A DNA stretch of 64,000 bases from Candidatus Bathyarchaeota archaeon. GTDB taxonomy: Archaea; Thermoproteota; Bathyarchaeia; 40CM-2-53-6. Of the stretch, positions 26,840 to 36,899 are shown piece after piece. The stretch spans positions 1,536,001 through 1,600,000 of the forward strand of contig CAVSBL010000002.1 in assembly GCA_963726255.1 (NCBI GenBank), given 5' to 3'. The number at the start of each line of letters is the position of its first letter. Position 1 is the stretch's first letter. The notes below the pieces were generated by a model. The model was not told the DNA's origin. It searched no databases and saw only the letters and a list, made by a program, of their open reading frames with translations. The position numbers were made by a program, and so were the translations under genes.

Positions 26840-27811
26840 TTGTCGGCCCCCTCGCCCACCACAACTCAGGAATATTCCTTTGAAATTTCACCTAAAGACA
26901 CCCTCGGGCCCATGAATTTGGAAGCAACAATTCTGAGCGCGCAAACTTCAGAACCTGAATGGACGAGGGACGGCGCTTGTTTTGTTGACGTCGAAGAACT
27001 GAATGGCACTCCCGTCAAATACGCCATAAGTCAGGTGGGTGGAGTAGACGATTTCAAACTCAGAGTGCGCGCAATCACTTCCATACTAAATGACCAGTTA
27101 GGCGTTAGTCTGCGATTGCATTTGAACCGTGTTCTTGGTCTCAGCGACAACCTAGAGTCGTTCTACAATGAATTTTCTGACGACGCCGAACCGCTCCGTA
27201 CTACCTTCACGAAGCTTAGGGGCCTTCGCCTGATGCGAGGGACAAACCTCTTTGAAAGCTTGACCTGCTCCATTTTGTCTCAGAACAACTCAGCATTACT
27301 ATGGAACAGAACTGCGCGGCTACTTATGCGCCTATACGGATCCAAGGTGAATTTCCCCGATGGCGCAACATCCTTTCTATTCCCCAAGCCGGAGACCTTG
27401 GCAGGGCTGTCCCCGAGGGAACTTCGCTCGAAGACTTCCATGGGGTATAGAGCGAAGCCTGTGGTTCAAGTTTCCCGTTTAATTGCCACCGGGAAACTGA
27501 AGCTCGACGATTTAAGCAAGCTTCCTTACGAGGAAGCCATGGAGGTTCTTCTCGACCTTCCAGGCGTTGGCCCAAAAGTCGCTGATTGCTTCTGGCTATA
27601 CGGAGTGGGCGGCCTCGAAGCAGCTCCCGTTGACGTTTGGATTCACAGAGTTGTCACGTACCTTTACTTCAAAGGTAGAAAGGTCAGCAGGCTGAAGACT
27701 GCTAAGTTTCTGCGTGACCGTTTCGGAGAATGGGCGGGGTACGCGCAGTTGTATCTCTTCGATTTCGCACGCCATGGAGGAATCGGCAAAGTCAAGGCCA
27801 GAAAATCGTGA
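26840..27811 (+). CDS. HhH-GPD DNA glycosylase, Ogg1/AlkA-like
   Basis: ILSQNN, MGYRAK, LPGVGPKVADC, PVDVWI, WAGYAQLYLF. Confidence 0.9.
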   Translation: MSAPSPTTTQEYSFEISPKDTLGPMNLEATILSAQTSEPEWTRDGACFVDVEELNGTPVKYAISQVGGVDDFKLRVRAITSILNDQLGVSLRLHLNRVLGLSDNLESFYNEFSDDAEPLRTTFTKLRGLRLMRGTNLFESLTCSILSQNNSALLWNRTARLLMRLYGSKVNFPDGATSFLFPKPETLAGLSPRELRSKTSMGYRAKPVVQVSRLIATGKLKLDDLSKLPYEEAMEVLLDLPGVGPKVADCFWLYGVGGLEAAPVDVWIHRVVTYLYFKGRKVSRLKTAKFLRDRFGEWAGYAQLYLFDFARHGGIGKVKARKS

Positions 27812-27815
27812 GCTT

Positions 27816-28349
27816 CTACCTCTCGCTATGACGGCCCTTTGCAGCCTCTTTCTGGACAGGTTTTCGTTTCAGTTTGGTTCCGCAGACTGGGCAGACCTGA
27901 AGGTCTGTTTGCGCGTACCGCCTATAGCAGGCGGGGCAGTAGTAGATCCAGCTGAACTTTTCGCGGATCCCTAACGTAGCCAAGGGCTGGTAGGCTATGC
28001 GGATTCCTTCCGCAACATTTTGCACGGCGTAATCGTCGCTCACAATCACAGGCGTCTTTCCCTCGCCGCGAAGGTCGAGCGCTAAGGCCAAGACGCCGGT
28101 ATCAGCTTTCGAGAGTACAACTCGGTCCCCGAGCACTCTTGCCTTTTCAGCGACTTCTTCAAGCGAAGCGGCTGTGGGGCTACGGATTGTGAGTTTACCC
28201 GAGGATCTGGAAACGGTTAGCCTGTACGAGGGACCGGTTTGCTCTCGCAGTTCATCTGCTACCTCGGGCACGGAATAGCTCTCAAAATCAAGCCCCAGAG
28301 GGTCTAGCCCCATGATTAGGGCCGAGGTGTCCAGAACTAGAACTTTCAG
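27816..28349 (-). CDS. nob1: Nob1 rRNA-processing endonuclease (PIN plus zinc ribbon), CTG start
   Basis: LVLDTSA upstream of the first ATG, LSKADTGVLALA, SDDYAVQNVA, CPAC...CPVCG. Confidence 0.9.
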   Translation of the reverse strand: MKVLVLDTSALIMGLDPLGLDFESYSVPEVADELREQTGPSYRLTVSRSSGKLTIRSPTAASLEEVAEKARVLGDRVVLSKADTGVLALALDLRGEGKTPVIVSDDYAVQNVAEGIRIAYQPLATLGIREKFSWIYYCPACYRRYAQTDLQVCPVCGTKLKRKPVQKEAAKGRHSER

Positions 28350-29188
28350 AAACCTGCTCGCTCCATCTCGTGAAGTCGAGTTAGGCTTCCCAAGGGTGGA
28401 GCGGGCCGCAATCGCACGAACACGGTATAATGCTTGGCCTTCCGAACCCCCAAGTTGACATCTTGGGTAAGCTCTCTTTGAAATCGTCCGTCTGCCACCA
28501 CAAGAGCCCGTAACTTTGGATTCTTCAGTTGAATCGAAAGTGACCTGTCCATTGAAAGTACGGTCGGCCTCAAGAATTCAAGTGGGCAAATGAAAGTGAC
28601 TACGAACGCGTCAACTGATGAATCAACCACCGGCCCGCCGGCTGAAAGCGCATAAGCCGTCGAACCTGTCGCGGTTGAAACGATGAGCCCGTCTCCCCTG
28701 ACCTGTAGAAAGGGCTCAGAATCTACAGCGAGGACCAGGTCAAGCATTTTCGAGGGGCTTCCAGATGATACCACCAGCTCGTTGAGCGCGTCAACTACGT
28801 GTGTTCCGTTCAGGTGCACTGCGAGCTTTGCTCGTTTCTCTAACCGGCATTTGCCCCTCGCGAAAAGCTCGATGGCTCGTAAAGCTTTGCTCGGTTCAAC
28901 CTCAGTCAGGTAACCACGCCTCCCCATGTTCACGGCCAAAATTGGTGTCTCCGGTTCAGGGATCGACATTGACGTCTTTAGAACCGTCCCGTCGCCTCCC
29001 ACGGTCACAATCAAATCCGCTTTGAGATTCGACAGGTCCTTACCGCCGCCCAGTCGACCTCGTTTTGCTAATTCGAGTTCAGCTGTGACTGCCATGCCCT
29101 TCCGCCTTAGCTGCTTGGCGAGGGCTGCCGCCGCTTCGAGGGCCCGCGGCTCATCGAGCCTAGAAACGAGGCCGACTTTCAGAGTCAA
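28346..29188 (-). CDS. nadK: NAD(+) kinase
   Basis: GGDGTVL, ALNE, GDGLIVSTATGSTAYALSAGGP. Confidence 0.96.
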   Translation of the reverse strand: MTLKVGLVSRLDEPRALEAAAALAKQLRRKGMAVTAELELAKRGRLGGGKDLSNLKADLIVTVGGDGTVLKTSMSIPEPETPILAVNMGRRGYLTEVEPSKALRAIELFARGKCRLEKRAKLAVHLNGTHVVDALNELVVSSGSPSKMLDLVLAVDSEPFLQVRGDGLIVSTATGSTAYALSAGGPVVDSSVDAFVVTFICPLEFLRPTVLSMDRSLSIQLKNPKLRALVVADGRFQRELTQDVNLGVRKAKHYTVFVRLRPAPPLGSLTRLHEMERAGF

Positions 29189-29374
29189 CTCTGCTTCTCC
29201 ACGTGGGAGACACTACCCGCCGTGAGGATAATTAAGTAATCCACTCAAAACCCACGGACAGGGCAGAATTTGGTTTCGCAAAACTTTCTGTGAAAGAATC
29301 GGATGACCAGACAAGCTTTTTAGACATAGAGTAGGCGTTAACTGCTTTCAAGCTTAGCTTAAGGGCGAAGACCA

Positions 29375-29770
29375 CTGAGCAAACCAGTAGACGTTGGGAC
29401 TCTGAAAATCGGCCACTACGTAATCATAGATGGGGAACCTTGCAAAATCGTTGAATACGAAAAATCAAAACCAGGTAAACATGGGGCCGCGAAGGCTAGA
29501 ATCGTAGCCATCAGTGTTACAACTGGAACAAAGAAAAATCTAATCGGCTCTGTAGATGCGCGAGTTGAAGTTCCAATGATAGAGAAGAAGACGGGGCAGG
29601 TACTTGCTTTCGTGGGCAATAACATTCAGGTCATGGATATGGAGTCCTACGAGACCTTCGAAACACCCATGCCTGAAGAAGAAGAGATCAAGGCCAAATT
29701 GGCTCCAGGCGTCGAAGTCGAGTACTGGCAGATGTTGGGACAGAATAAGATAATGCGGACCAAGGGCTAA
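29375..29770 (+). CDS. eif5a: Translation factor aIF5A (hypusine protein), CTG start
   Basis: Frame reads (M)[22 protein letters not shown]...[12 protein letters not shown], continuous with track ORF 29576-29770. Confidence 0.96.
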   Translation: MSKPVDVGTLKIGHYVIIDGEPCKIVEYEKSKPGKHGAAKARIVAISVTTGTKKNLIGSVDARVEVPMIEKKTGQVLAFVGNNIQVMDMESYETFETPMPEEEEIKAKLAPGVEVEYWQMLGQNKIMRTKG

Positions 29771-29809
29771 TTCTCTCCTCTCCCAAACGCGCCTTGGAAG
29801 GTTCACTCC

Positions 29810-30739
29810 GTGCCCTTAGTTTCGCATATCAAACTAACGAAACGTATGTCCCTATCCGGCATCGCAAAGCAAATGGAAGCAGTTAAGGTCCTTGGGCCCG
29901 GACGATTCGGGAAAGCAGTAACAATCCTCGCAAGCCTGTTTAAGGACGGCCAGTGTGTTAAGCTGATTTCTCTTGCTGGCCCAATCGTCCCCGGAGGCCT
30001 CAGAACAATCATCGCAGACCTAATTGATGATGGCTTGCTCAACGGAGTTGTCACAACCGGCGCAAACGTAACACATGACCTCCTCGAAGGCTTAGGACAC
30101 CGGCACATCGCTGGAACAGAACTCGCAGACGATAACAAACTCAAACGCCAAGGGCTATCCAGAATCTACGACCTTCTCGTCACCCAGAAAGCAATCGAAC
30201 ACCTAGAGAAAACAACCTACCGAATGCTCAACCGCATCCCAGAAACAAGGCGGCGCAACATCGCCAGCTACGAGTTACTATGGGAATTCGGCAAACAGAT
30301 CAGGGACGAGCACTCAATTCTTTACACCGCACAGAAACGCAAAGTCCCAATCTTCTGCCCCGGCATTTTTGATTCAATGCTCGGCTTGAACCTCTGGACC
30401 TACAGCCGCCTCAAACCGCTCTTCGTTAACCCCTTCAAAGATTTCTCAACGCTCGTGGACTTGACGTACGAAAGAAAAAGAGTTGGCGCAATCATCCTTG
30501 GTGGCGGGATGCCGAAACACCAGGTCCTAATCGCAAACTCATACCGGGGCGGCGTGGACGCTGCGATTCAAATAACGCTCGACCGCCCTGAAGGGGGAGG
30601 CGCAAGCGGTGCACCCTTGGAGGAAGCAATTAGCTGGGGCAAAGTTAAGACTCCCAACAAACTCGTCACGATTGTTGGAGACGCTACGGTGATATTTCCG
30701 TTACTTACTCTAGCCGCCCTAGAGAGGGTGGGGAAGTAA
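29810..30739 (+). CDS. dys: Deoxyhypusine synthase
   Basis: VTTGANVTHD, IILGGGMPKH, GGASGAPLEEAISWGKV, GDATVIFP; adjacent to eIF5A. Confidence 0.95.
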   Translation: MPLVSHIKLTKRMSLSGIAKQMEAVKVLGPGRFGKAVTILASLFKDGQCVKLISLAGPIVPGGLRTIIADLIDDGLLNGVVTTGANVTHDLLEGLGHRHIAGTELADDNKLKRQGLSRIYDLLVTQKAIEHLEKTTYRMLNRIPETRRRNIASYELLWEFGKQIRDEHSILYTAQKRKVPIFCPGIFDSMLGLNLWTYSRLKPLFVNPFKDFSTLVDLTYERKRVGAIILGGGMPKHQVLIANSYRGGVDAAIQITLDRPEGGGASGAPLEEAISWGKVKTPNKLVTIVGDATVIFPLLTLAALERVGK

Positions 30740-30741
30740 GA

Positions 30742-31104
30742 TCATCTCAGCCTTGGAATATGAACTTCGAGTACGCCCCGTTTGAATTTCGTGTTTATCT
30801 TTTTCTCATCAACGGGGACAGGCATTCGGATTCTCGCCCGGTAGCATGTGAACTCGCCATGCCTATGTTTGGCGCCTAGATCCCTGAAGGTAATCTTCCT
30901 GTTGGTCTCTGCGAATATTTCCACGGAATCCTCCGTTGGGCAGTGCAGCTTAACCCGTTTCTGATCCACGTAGGGCAGGTCGACGGTTAGAACGACCTCC
31001 GTGGCCCCCACGAACAGATTGTACAAGGGTTGGATGCATGCAGCGGCAGGATTCCATCCTGACCCATGAGTGGAAAATTCGCTCCTCGATTCAGAACTCA
31101 TCAA
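30742..31104 (-). CDS. Hsp20/alpha-crystallin small heat-shock protein
   Basis: TVDLPYV, MPVPVD, FKRGVLEVHIP. Confidence 0.8.
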   Translation of the reverse strand: MMSSESRSEFSTHGSGWNPAAACIQPLYNLFVGATEVVLTVDLPYVDQKRVKLHCPTEDSVEIFAETNRKITFRDLGAKHRHGEFTCYRARIRMPVPVDEKKINTKFKRGVLEVHIPRLR

Positions 31105-31107
31105 TAT

Positions 31108-31869
31108 TCACCCGTACATTGGCGGCAGGTCGAATTCGTGGGACTTGTCCATCCTGAGCATCTCTTCGTGGGTACGGTGCATCATATCCTTGCTCTTCAA
31201 GCGGATTTCCTCCCCTCTCTTGAGAAGGTCGGAAACGTCAACATTCAGATCCAGAATCTTGTTCACGGCGGTTAGCGCTGCCGCGGCCGCTTCGGGATCG
31301 GGGTAGTTGTAGTAGGATTGGGTAAGCAGCGTGATGGCGGGAACAGATGTCTCAGCACACTTGCGCAGGATAAGCCCGTATGCGCCAACTATGTAACCTT
31401 CCTCTAAGACCTCAGCAGCCCCGTGTAGCTTTGACTCCAATTCCTTAGCGGAAAGAGCCGCAAACACTTTCGGCGCAGCTATGTCCTGCCGGTTGGAAAC
31501 GGCCATACCCCCCAACGAGAGCATCAGTTTAGTGTTCTTGGTTCGAGCCCAGTCAACTATGCCCGTCGCAAGGGGTTTGATGAGTGGTACAGGGATCGTA
31601 GTCTCAGAGATGATGACAACCAAACCATTGCCTGCGAACAAGCGAATAGGCGCTTTCGGAAGGCCGCCGTGCAGAACAATCATTGGTGGAAGAAGGTCAG
31701 ACTCAATGGCACCGACCTCCTTCAATTTCAAGTCACTGATGATATGAGACGCTGCAAGCAACCCAACAAGTCCGACATCTGGGAGGCCGTTCACAATGAC
31801 CGCTTCCTTGGGAATCGTAGCAGTTTCCAAAATGCGCAACCCGTCTTTCCCAGACAGGCTATTGGACAT
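31108..31869 (-). CDS. PAC2-family proteasome assembly chaperone
   Basis: GLPDVGLVG, PIRLF, YPDPEAAA, terminal MYG (HbYX-like). Confidence 0.9.
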   Translation of the reverse strand: MSNSLSGKDGLRILETATIPKEAVIVNGLPDVGLVGLLAASHIISDLKLKEVGAIESDLLPPMIVLHGGLPKAPIRLFAGNGLVVIISETTIPVPLIKPLATGIVDWARTKNTKLMLSLGGMAVSNRQDIAAPKVFAALSAKELESKLHGAAEVLEEGYIVGAYGLILRKCAETSVPAITLLTQSYYNYPDPEAAAAALTAVNKILDLNVDVSDLLKRGEEIRLKSKDMMHRTHEEMLRMDKSHEFDLPPMYG

Positions 31870-31998
31870 CTCGAGACCCTTCTATGAAAGCGACCAGCTG
31901 AAACCAGAGCAACATTAGCGAGTAATTAAACGGTTCGTAGAAGTTACAAGAACTTTTAGGATGCGTCAACCAACGCATCAAGTGTATCGTGAAAATGC

Positions 31999-33339
31999 AT
32001 GAGCGCACTTGAAGGCCTGGGCAAGTCTCTTAGCGACGCAATGAAGAAGCTACTGCGAATGGCTGTCGTTGATGAAAAGGCAGTCAAGGAACTTGTCCGC
32101 GACCTTCAACGAGCCCTGCTTCAATCCGACGTTAACGTTAACCTGGTTATGCAGATTTCCCAAGCAGTTGAAAAACGATCACTCGAAGAAAAGCTGCCCC
32201 CTGGAATTTCGCGCCGCGAACACGTCGTAAAGGTTCTCTACGAGGAACTGACCCGATTCCTCGGAGAGGAACCAAGCAAACTCATCATCGAACCGGGCAA
32301 AACCCAGGTGATCATGCTCGTTGGAATTCAGGGCACTGGGAAAACAACGGCTGCAGTGAAACTCGCACGCTTCTACCAGAAGCGCGGCCTGCGTCCCGCT
32401 ATAATTTGCGCCGACACCTACCGGCCAGGAGCCTTCGACCAACTGAAGCAACTAGCTGACAAAGTCAACGTCCCTGTCTACGGTGAACCGAATTCCAAGA
32501 ATACCCTGAAAATAGTCAAGAAGGGAATGGAACAATTCTCCAGCCAAAAGTACGACCTAATCATAGCGGACACTGCGGGGCGTCACAAAGACGAAGCAGA
32601 ACTGATGTCCGAGATGCGGGATCTAGCCAAACAGATTCAACCCAACGAAATAATTCTCGCAATCGATGCCTCAATCGGCCAAGCAGCAATGTCTCAGGCA
32701 GCCGCCTTCAATGAGAGCACAAAGATCGGTTCGATTCTTATAACAAAACTTGACGGAACGGCTAAGGGAGGAGGCGCACTCTCAGCCGTTGCTGCAACGC
32801 ACGCGAAAATCAAGTTTGTTGGGACAGGGGAGAAGATCGAGGATATTGAACAGTTTATCCCATCCAGTTTTGTCGGCCGCCTCCTCGGAATGGGCGACAT
32901 CAAAGCCCTGGTTGAGAGGGTTCGTGAAGCAGAAGTCGTTGTCCCACAGAAGAAAGCGAAGGCCTTCCTCGAAGGCAAGTTCACCCTGAAGGACATGTAC
33001 GACCAAATGGTCGCGGTTCGAAAAATGGGCCCCCTCAAGAAACTGGTTGGGATGATGCCTGGGGGCATGAACATACCAGACGACGCTATGGAATCCGCTG
33101 AGAAGAAGCTAGACGCGTGGCGTGTCATCATTCAATCTATGACGAAACATGAGATTGAGGATCCGAAACTCGTTGACTCCTCACGGGCGAGGAGAATCGC
33201 ACGTGGCTCTGGCACGTCAGAGAAGGAAGTCAAAGAAATGGTAAATCAGTACTTTATGATGAAGAAGATGATGAAGAGCATGAAACGCCGTGGCGCTGCC
33301 TTCGGCAGAGGAAAGATGCCTTTCCCAACACGTCCCTGA
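31999..33339 (+). CDS. srp54: Signal recognition particle protein Srp54
   Basis: GIQGTGKTT, DTYRPGA, DTAGRH, TKLDGTAKGGG, Met-rich M domain. Confidence 0.98.
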   Translation: MSALEGLGKSLSDAMKKLLRMAVVDEKAVKELVRDLQRALLQSDVNVNLVMQISQAVEKRSLEEKLPPGISRREHVVKVLYEELTRFLGEEPSKLIIEPGKTQVIMLVGIQGTGKTTAAVKLARFYQKRGLRPAIICADTYRPGAFDQLKQLADKVNVPVYGEPNSKNTLKIVKKGMEQFSSQKYDLIIADTAGRHKDEAELMSEMRDLAKQIQPNEIILAIDASIGQAAMSQAAAFNESTKIGSILITKLDGTAKGGGALSAVAATHAKIKFVGTGEKIEDIEQFIPSSFVGRLLGMGDIKALVERVREAEVVVPQKKAKAFLEGKFTLKDMYDQMVAVRKMGPLKKLVGMMPGGMNIPDDAMESAEKKLDAWRVIIQSMTKHEIEDPKLVDSSRARRIARGSGTSEKEVKEMVNQYFMMKKMMKSMKRRGAAFGRGKMPFPTRP

Positions 33340-33412
33340 AAGACGCGAAAAATCTCCTAAGAAAGTTAATTAGCGTGCCCTTCATGTGCTAGCAAATTTC
33401 AGGTCATGACTC

Positions 33413-33706
33413 ATGGTAAGGCGCTCGAAGGGCTACCGCTCGAGGACGCGGGCTCTCTTCCGGAAGAGACCTCGCGAGCGAGGAAAAATAGGCCTCAGCA
33501 GAATTCTCCGAACCTACAAACCCGGCGAGAAAGTAACGATCATAATTGAGCCCTCAGTGCACAAGGGCATGCCGCACAGGCGCTACCATGGAAGGGTTGG
33601 AGTAATTCAAGCGAAACGTGGCAAGTCATACGTGGTTCACGTCACGATGGGCAATCAGACGAAACAGATTATCTCGCGACCTGAACACCTTACCCCTGTA
33701 CGTTGA
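33413..33706 (+). CDS. rpl21e: 50S ribosomal protein L21e
   Basis: SKGYRSRTR, HKGMPHRRYHG, RPEHL. Confidence 0.97.
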   Translation: MVRRSKGYRSRTRALFRKRPRERGKIGLSRILRTYKPGEKVTIIIEPSVHKGMPHRRYHGRVGVIQAKRGKSYVVHVTMGNQTKQIISRPEHLTPVR

Positions 33707-34051
33707 GTGAACCGATTGCCCAGGAAGATTGTCGATTCTAAGCCCACCACGACCACTGAAGCCAAGAGAACCCTCGAACGCGCAAAGGAAGAGGAACTGG
33801 GCGAATTTCAGAGGCGGACACTTGACTACGCCTCCAAGTTCGCCAAAGTATCCCCCGCTAAAGCTGAGAAGCTAGTACGGGAATTATCAGAGAAACATCA
33901 ACTCGAACGAAAGGATGCAATTCAAGTCGTCAACACAATGCCCCGTTACATCGAAGAGCTACGTGCAATCCTCACAGTCAAAGGAAGAATAATCAGCGGT
34001 ACTCAACTGGAAGACATTCTGAAACTTCTCAATAGCTATCGAGAAGATTAA
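33707..34051 (+). CDS. rpoF: RNA polymerase subunit Rpo4 (RpoF)
   Basis: QRRTLDYASKF, VNTMP..EELR; synteny after rpl21e. Confidence 0.9.
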   Translation: MNRLPRKIVDSKPTTTTEAKRTLERAKEEELGEFQRRTLDYASKFAKVSPAKAEKLVRELSEKHQLERKDAIQVVNTMPRYIEELRAILTVKGRIISGTQLEDILKLLNSYRED

Positions 34052-34239
34052 CCCCCCGAGCGATTCCTAAACATAATACGGGGAAACCTTTTTCCCTTGC
34101 AAACCCTCAATTCTAAGCGGATATGCTCAACGTTGCCAGGCACTGGCCATTCTGCCACAATCACTAAGAAGACACAGAGGCTAAACCCCTACTTCCTTTA
34201 GCGCGTAATGTTGCGCAAACGATTTCTGGAGAGATTAGA

Positions 34240-34896
34240 ATGAGCGAGAGTACAAGAAATTCAGATGAAATGCGGAGTGCGAGTTCGGGTCCCTCAGGGT
34301 TCAGGCCAACGGCCAGAAGTGGTGTGGAGGGCGGCATCCCACCGCGACTTTACGAAGAATACGCGTACGTGCTAGATTATTTGCAATACGGCCGACCGGG
34401 AACGGACAAGCCTAGACACCTTGCGCTGCCAACTGTTCAGGTGATCGGTGAAACATACTTCACACTCCTTGAGGCCGAAATACGTACTGGAACTCAGGTG
34501 AACCTTCACGAGCGCGTCTACATTGGGAAAGACCGACGGGAGAAAATCAACCGTATCATCGGAAGAATCGGTTACAACGACCTAACTGCAAACGCGAAAG
34601 CCGAACTCCTCTCGGTCCTGGAAGACCTAATCGCACAGCAAGAGCAGCGATTTGTTGCCTTTTTCAACAATTCCCAAGCTATCACACCACGCATGCACGC
34701 ACTAGAGCTGCTCCCGGGAATCGGGAAAAAATCAATGTGGCAGATAATCAACGCGAGAGAAAAAAAGCCATTCACGTCATTCAAGGAAATTCGCGAACGA
34801 ACAAGCATCGGAGACCCGATCAAAGTAGTAGCCAAAAGGATCATGGACGAATTGACCGGGGGAGAAAAATACCGGGTCTTCTCCAGAGCACTATAG
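34240..34896 (+). CDS. DUF655 family RNA-binding protein
   Basis: EEYAYVLDYL, FTLLE, RMHALELLPGIGKK. Confidence 0.92.
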   Translation: MSESTRNSDEMRSASSGPSGFRPTARSGVEGGIPPRLYEEYAYVLDYLQYGRPGTDKPRHLALPTVQVIGETYFTLLEAEIRTGTQVNLHERVYIGKDRREKINRIIGRIGYNDLTANAKAELLSVLEDLIAQQEQRFVAFFNNSQAITPRMHALELLPGIGKKSMWQIINAREKKPFTSFKEIRERTSIGDPIKVVAKRIMDELTGGEKYRVFSRAL

Positions 34897-34927
34897 ACAA
34901 AAGCACCAATGCGTTGAGAGAGCTGGT

Positions 34928-36028
34928 TTGCGCAATAGGGTAATCCTGCATGTAGACCTCGACTACTTCTACGCCCAGTGCGAAGAGAACAGAAAACCAG
35001 ACATCCGCGGAAAACCCGTAGTAGTTTGCGTATATTCCGGCCGAACTGAGGAAAGCGGAGTAGTCAGCACCTCCAATTACCTAGCAAGGAAATATGGCGT
35101 AAAAGCAGGCATACCCATCGCTCGAGCAAAGAAACTCCTCGAATCCGCAAACCCCGTGTTCCTTCCAATGGACCGCTCCTATTACGAACAGGTCTCCGAA
35201 AGGATAATGGAAATCTTGAGAGGGCAAGGCGATGCATTTGAAAAGGTGGGAATAGACGAAGCCTACATAGAAATTTCAACAAGAGCAAACAACAAGTTCG
35301 AACAAACTGAAAACATCGCGGCCGACGTTAAACGAAAAATACTCACCGAGGAGCAGATCACCTGCTCAATTGGAATCGCACCCAACAAGCTCGTTGCCAA
35401 GATTGCCTCCGACGAGAGAAAGCCGGATGGGCTTACGGTGGTGAGGCCGGAAGAGGTCGAGGATTTCCTGGCACAATTGCCAGCATCACGGATACCTGGA
35501 GTAGGAAAGAAGGTGGAAGACAAACTGGATCAAATGCATGTTAAGACAGTCGCTGAACTTTCGACGCTCAGCCCGGCGAGGCTCGTTGAAAACTTCGGGA
35601 AGAGCCTAGGAGGTTATCTTTTTCGGGCCGCCCGGGGGGAGGATGATGAAGCAGTAAAGGAAAGGGAACAACCGACACAGCTAAGCCGAATTGCCACCTT
35701 GAAACGGAATACACATGACCTGCCAGAAATACTTCCCCTGCTAAGCGAATTAGCAAATACCGTAACAGCCAACCTGAACGAGAAAGGCATGACGTGCAGG
35801 TCGGTAGCAATCATAGCCATACTGAACGACTTGTCGATTCACACCAAATCGAAAACATTGGAACAACCAACCGCAGATGACAAAATCATCGTGAAAGCTA
35901 CGCACGACTTGATGAAGGAATTCTTAGACTCGATGTCCGCTGCTATGGTTCGACGAACAGGAGTCAAACTCTCCACATTATCTAAACCAACAGGACAGAC
36001 AGACATCGCCAACTTCCTGAAGGTGTAA
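34928..36028 (+). CDS. dinB: Y-family DNA polymerase IV (DinB/Dpo4)
   Basis: HVDLDYFYAQCE, NYLARKYGV, IDEAY, NKLVAKIAS..KPDG. Confidence 0.96.
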   Translation: MRNRVILHVDLDYFYAQCEENRKPDIRGKPVVVCVYSGRTEESGVVSTSNYLARKYGVKAGIPIARAKKLLESANPVFLPMDRSYYEQVSERIMEILRGQGDAFEKVGIDEAYIEISTRANNKFEQTENIAADVKRKILTEEQITCSIGIAPNKLVAKIASDERKPDGLTVVRPEEVEDFLAQLPASRIPGVGKKVEDKLDQMHVKTVAELSTLSPARLVENFGKSLGGYLFRAARGEDDEAVKEREQPTQLSRIATLKRNTHDLPEILPLLSELANTVTANLNEKGMTCRSVAIIAILNDLSIHTKSKTLEQPTADDKIIVKATHDLMKEFLDSMSAAMVRRTGVKLSTLSKPTGQTDIANFLKV

Positions 36029-36074
36029 CCTCGAGCAGAGTCCGCCAGCCATCAAATCGGTTGAGGAATCTACT

Positions 36075-36899
36075 ATGGCCTGGGTTCGAAGAGAGCTTGA
36101 CTCGATAGGCGTACCTCCGCTCAAACGATTCGGACAAAACTTTCTAATTGACAAAGGCGTTCGCGAACGTCTAATTGAGCTGGCTGAGCTAACAGTTGAT
36201 GATACGGTCCTTGAGGTAGGGCCCGGCCTCGGATTCTTGACCGAGGCTTTGATAAACAGAGCAGGGCACGTAATGGCGATCGAGAAGGATCGGACGCTTG
36301 CTGCATACCTGAAAGCGAAATTCTCCCACCAAAGGAACTTGACAGTTGTTGAAGGGGACGCACTAACCGCACACATCCCTGATGGTTCAAAAGTTGTTTC
36401 CAGTCCCCCCTACAACATTTCGTCAAAGCTCATACTGCTAATTATGAACAGTCGATTTCGATTGGCGGCATTGTTGATGCAGGAAGAGTTTGTCCGAAGA
36501 TTAACAGCTTCTAGCGGATCCCGAGAGTATGGACGAATCAGCGTGATGCTGCAATCTAAGGCTGTCGCAGAATTTGTTATGAAAGTCCCTCGGGAGGCAT
36601 TCTATCCGAAACCGAGAGTTGATTCCGCTTTCGTCACAATCAGGCCAACCAGCGACAACCTTCAGATCAAAAACCAGGAATTGTTTGTTGATATGGTACG
36701 TTCGCTGTTTACCCAACGCCGACGAATGCTGAGGGGAGTCTTGGTGAGATACCTGAAGGCGCGATACCCCACACGATGCAACACGATAATTCAACACGTA
36801 ACCCTTCTTGACAAGCGAATCTACGAACTCAATCCAAGAGAATTGATGACGTTGTCAAACCAGATCGTTGACGCAACTACAGAATCCGAGCGTGATTGA
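36075..36899 (+). CDS. rsmA: 16S rRNA dimethyladenosine transferase
   Basis: GQNFL, LEVGPGLG, PPYNISS, FYPKPRVDS. Confidence 0.96.
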   Translation: MAWVRRELDSIGVPPLKRFGQNFLIDKGVRERLIELAELTVDDTVLEVGPGLGFLTEALINRAGHVMAIEKDRTLAAYLKAKFSHQRNLTVVEGDALTAHIPDGSKVVSSPPYNISSKLILLIMNSRFRLAALLMQEEFVRRLTASSGSREYGRISVMLQSKAVAEFVMKVPREAFYPKPRVDSAFVTIRPTSDNLQIKNQELFVDMVRSLFTQRRRMLRGVLVRYLKARYPTRCNTIIQHVTLLDKRIYELNPRELMTLSNQIVDATTESERD

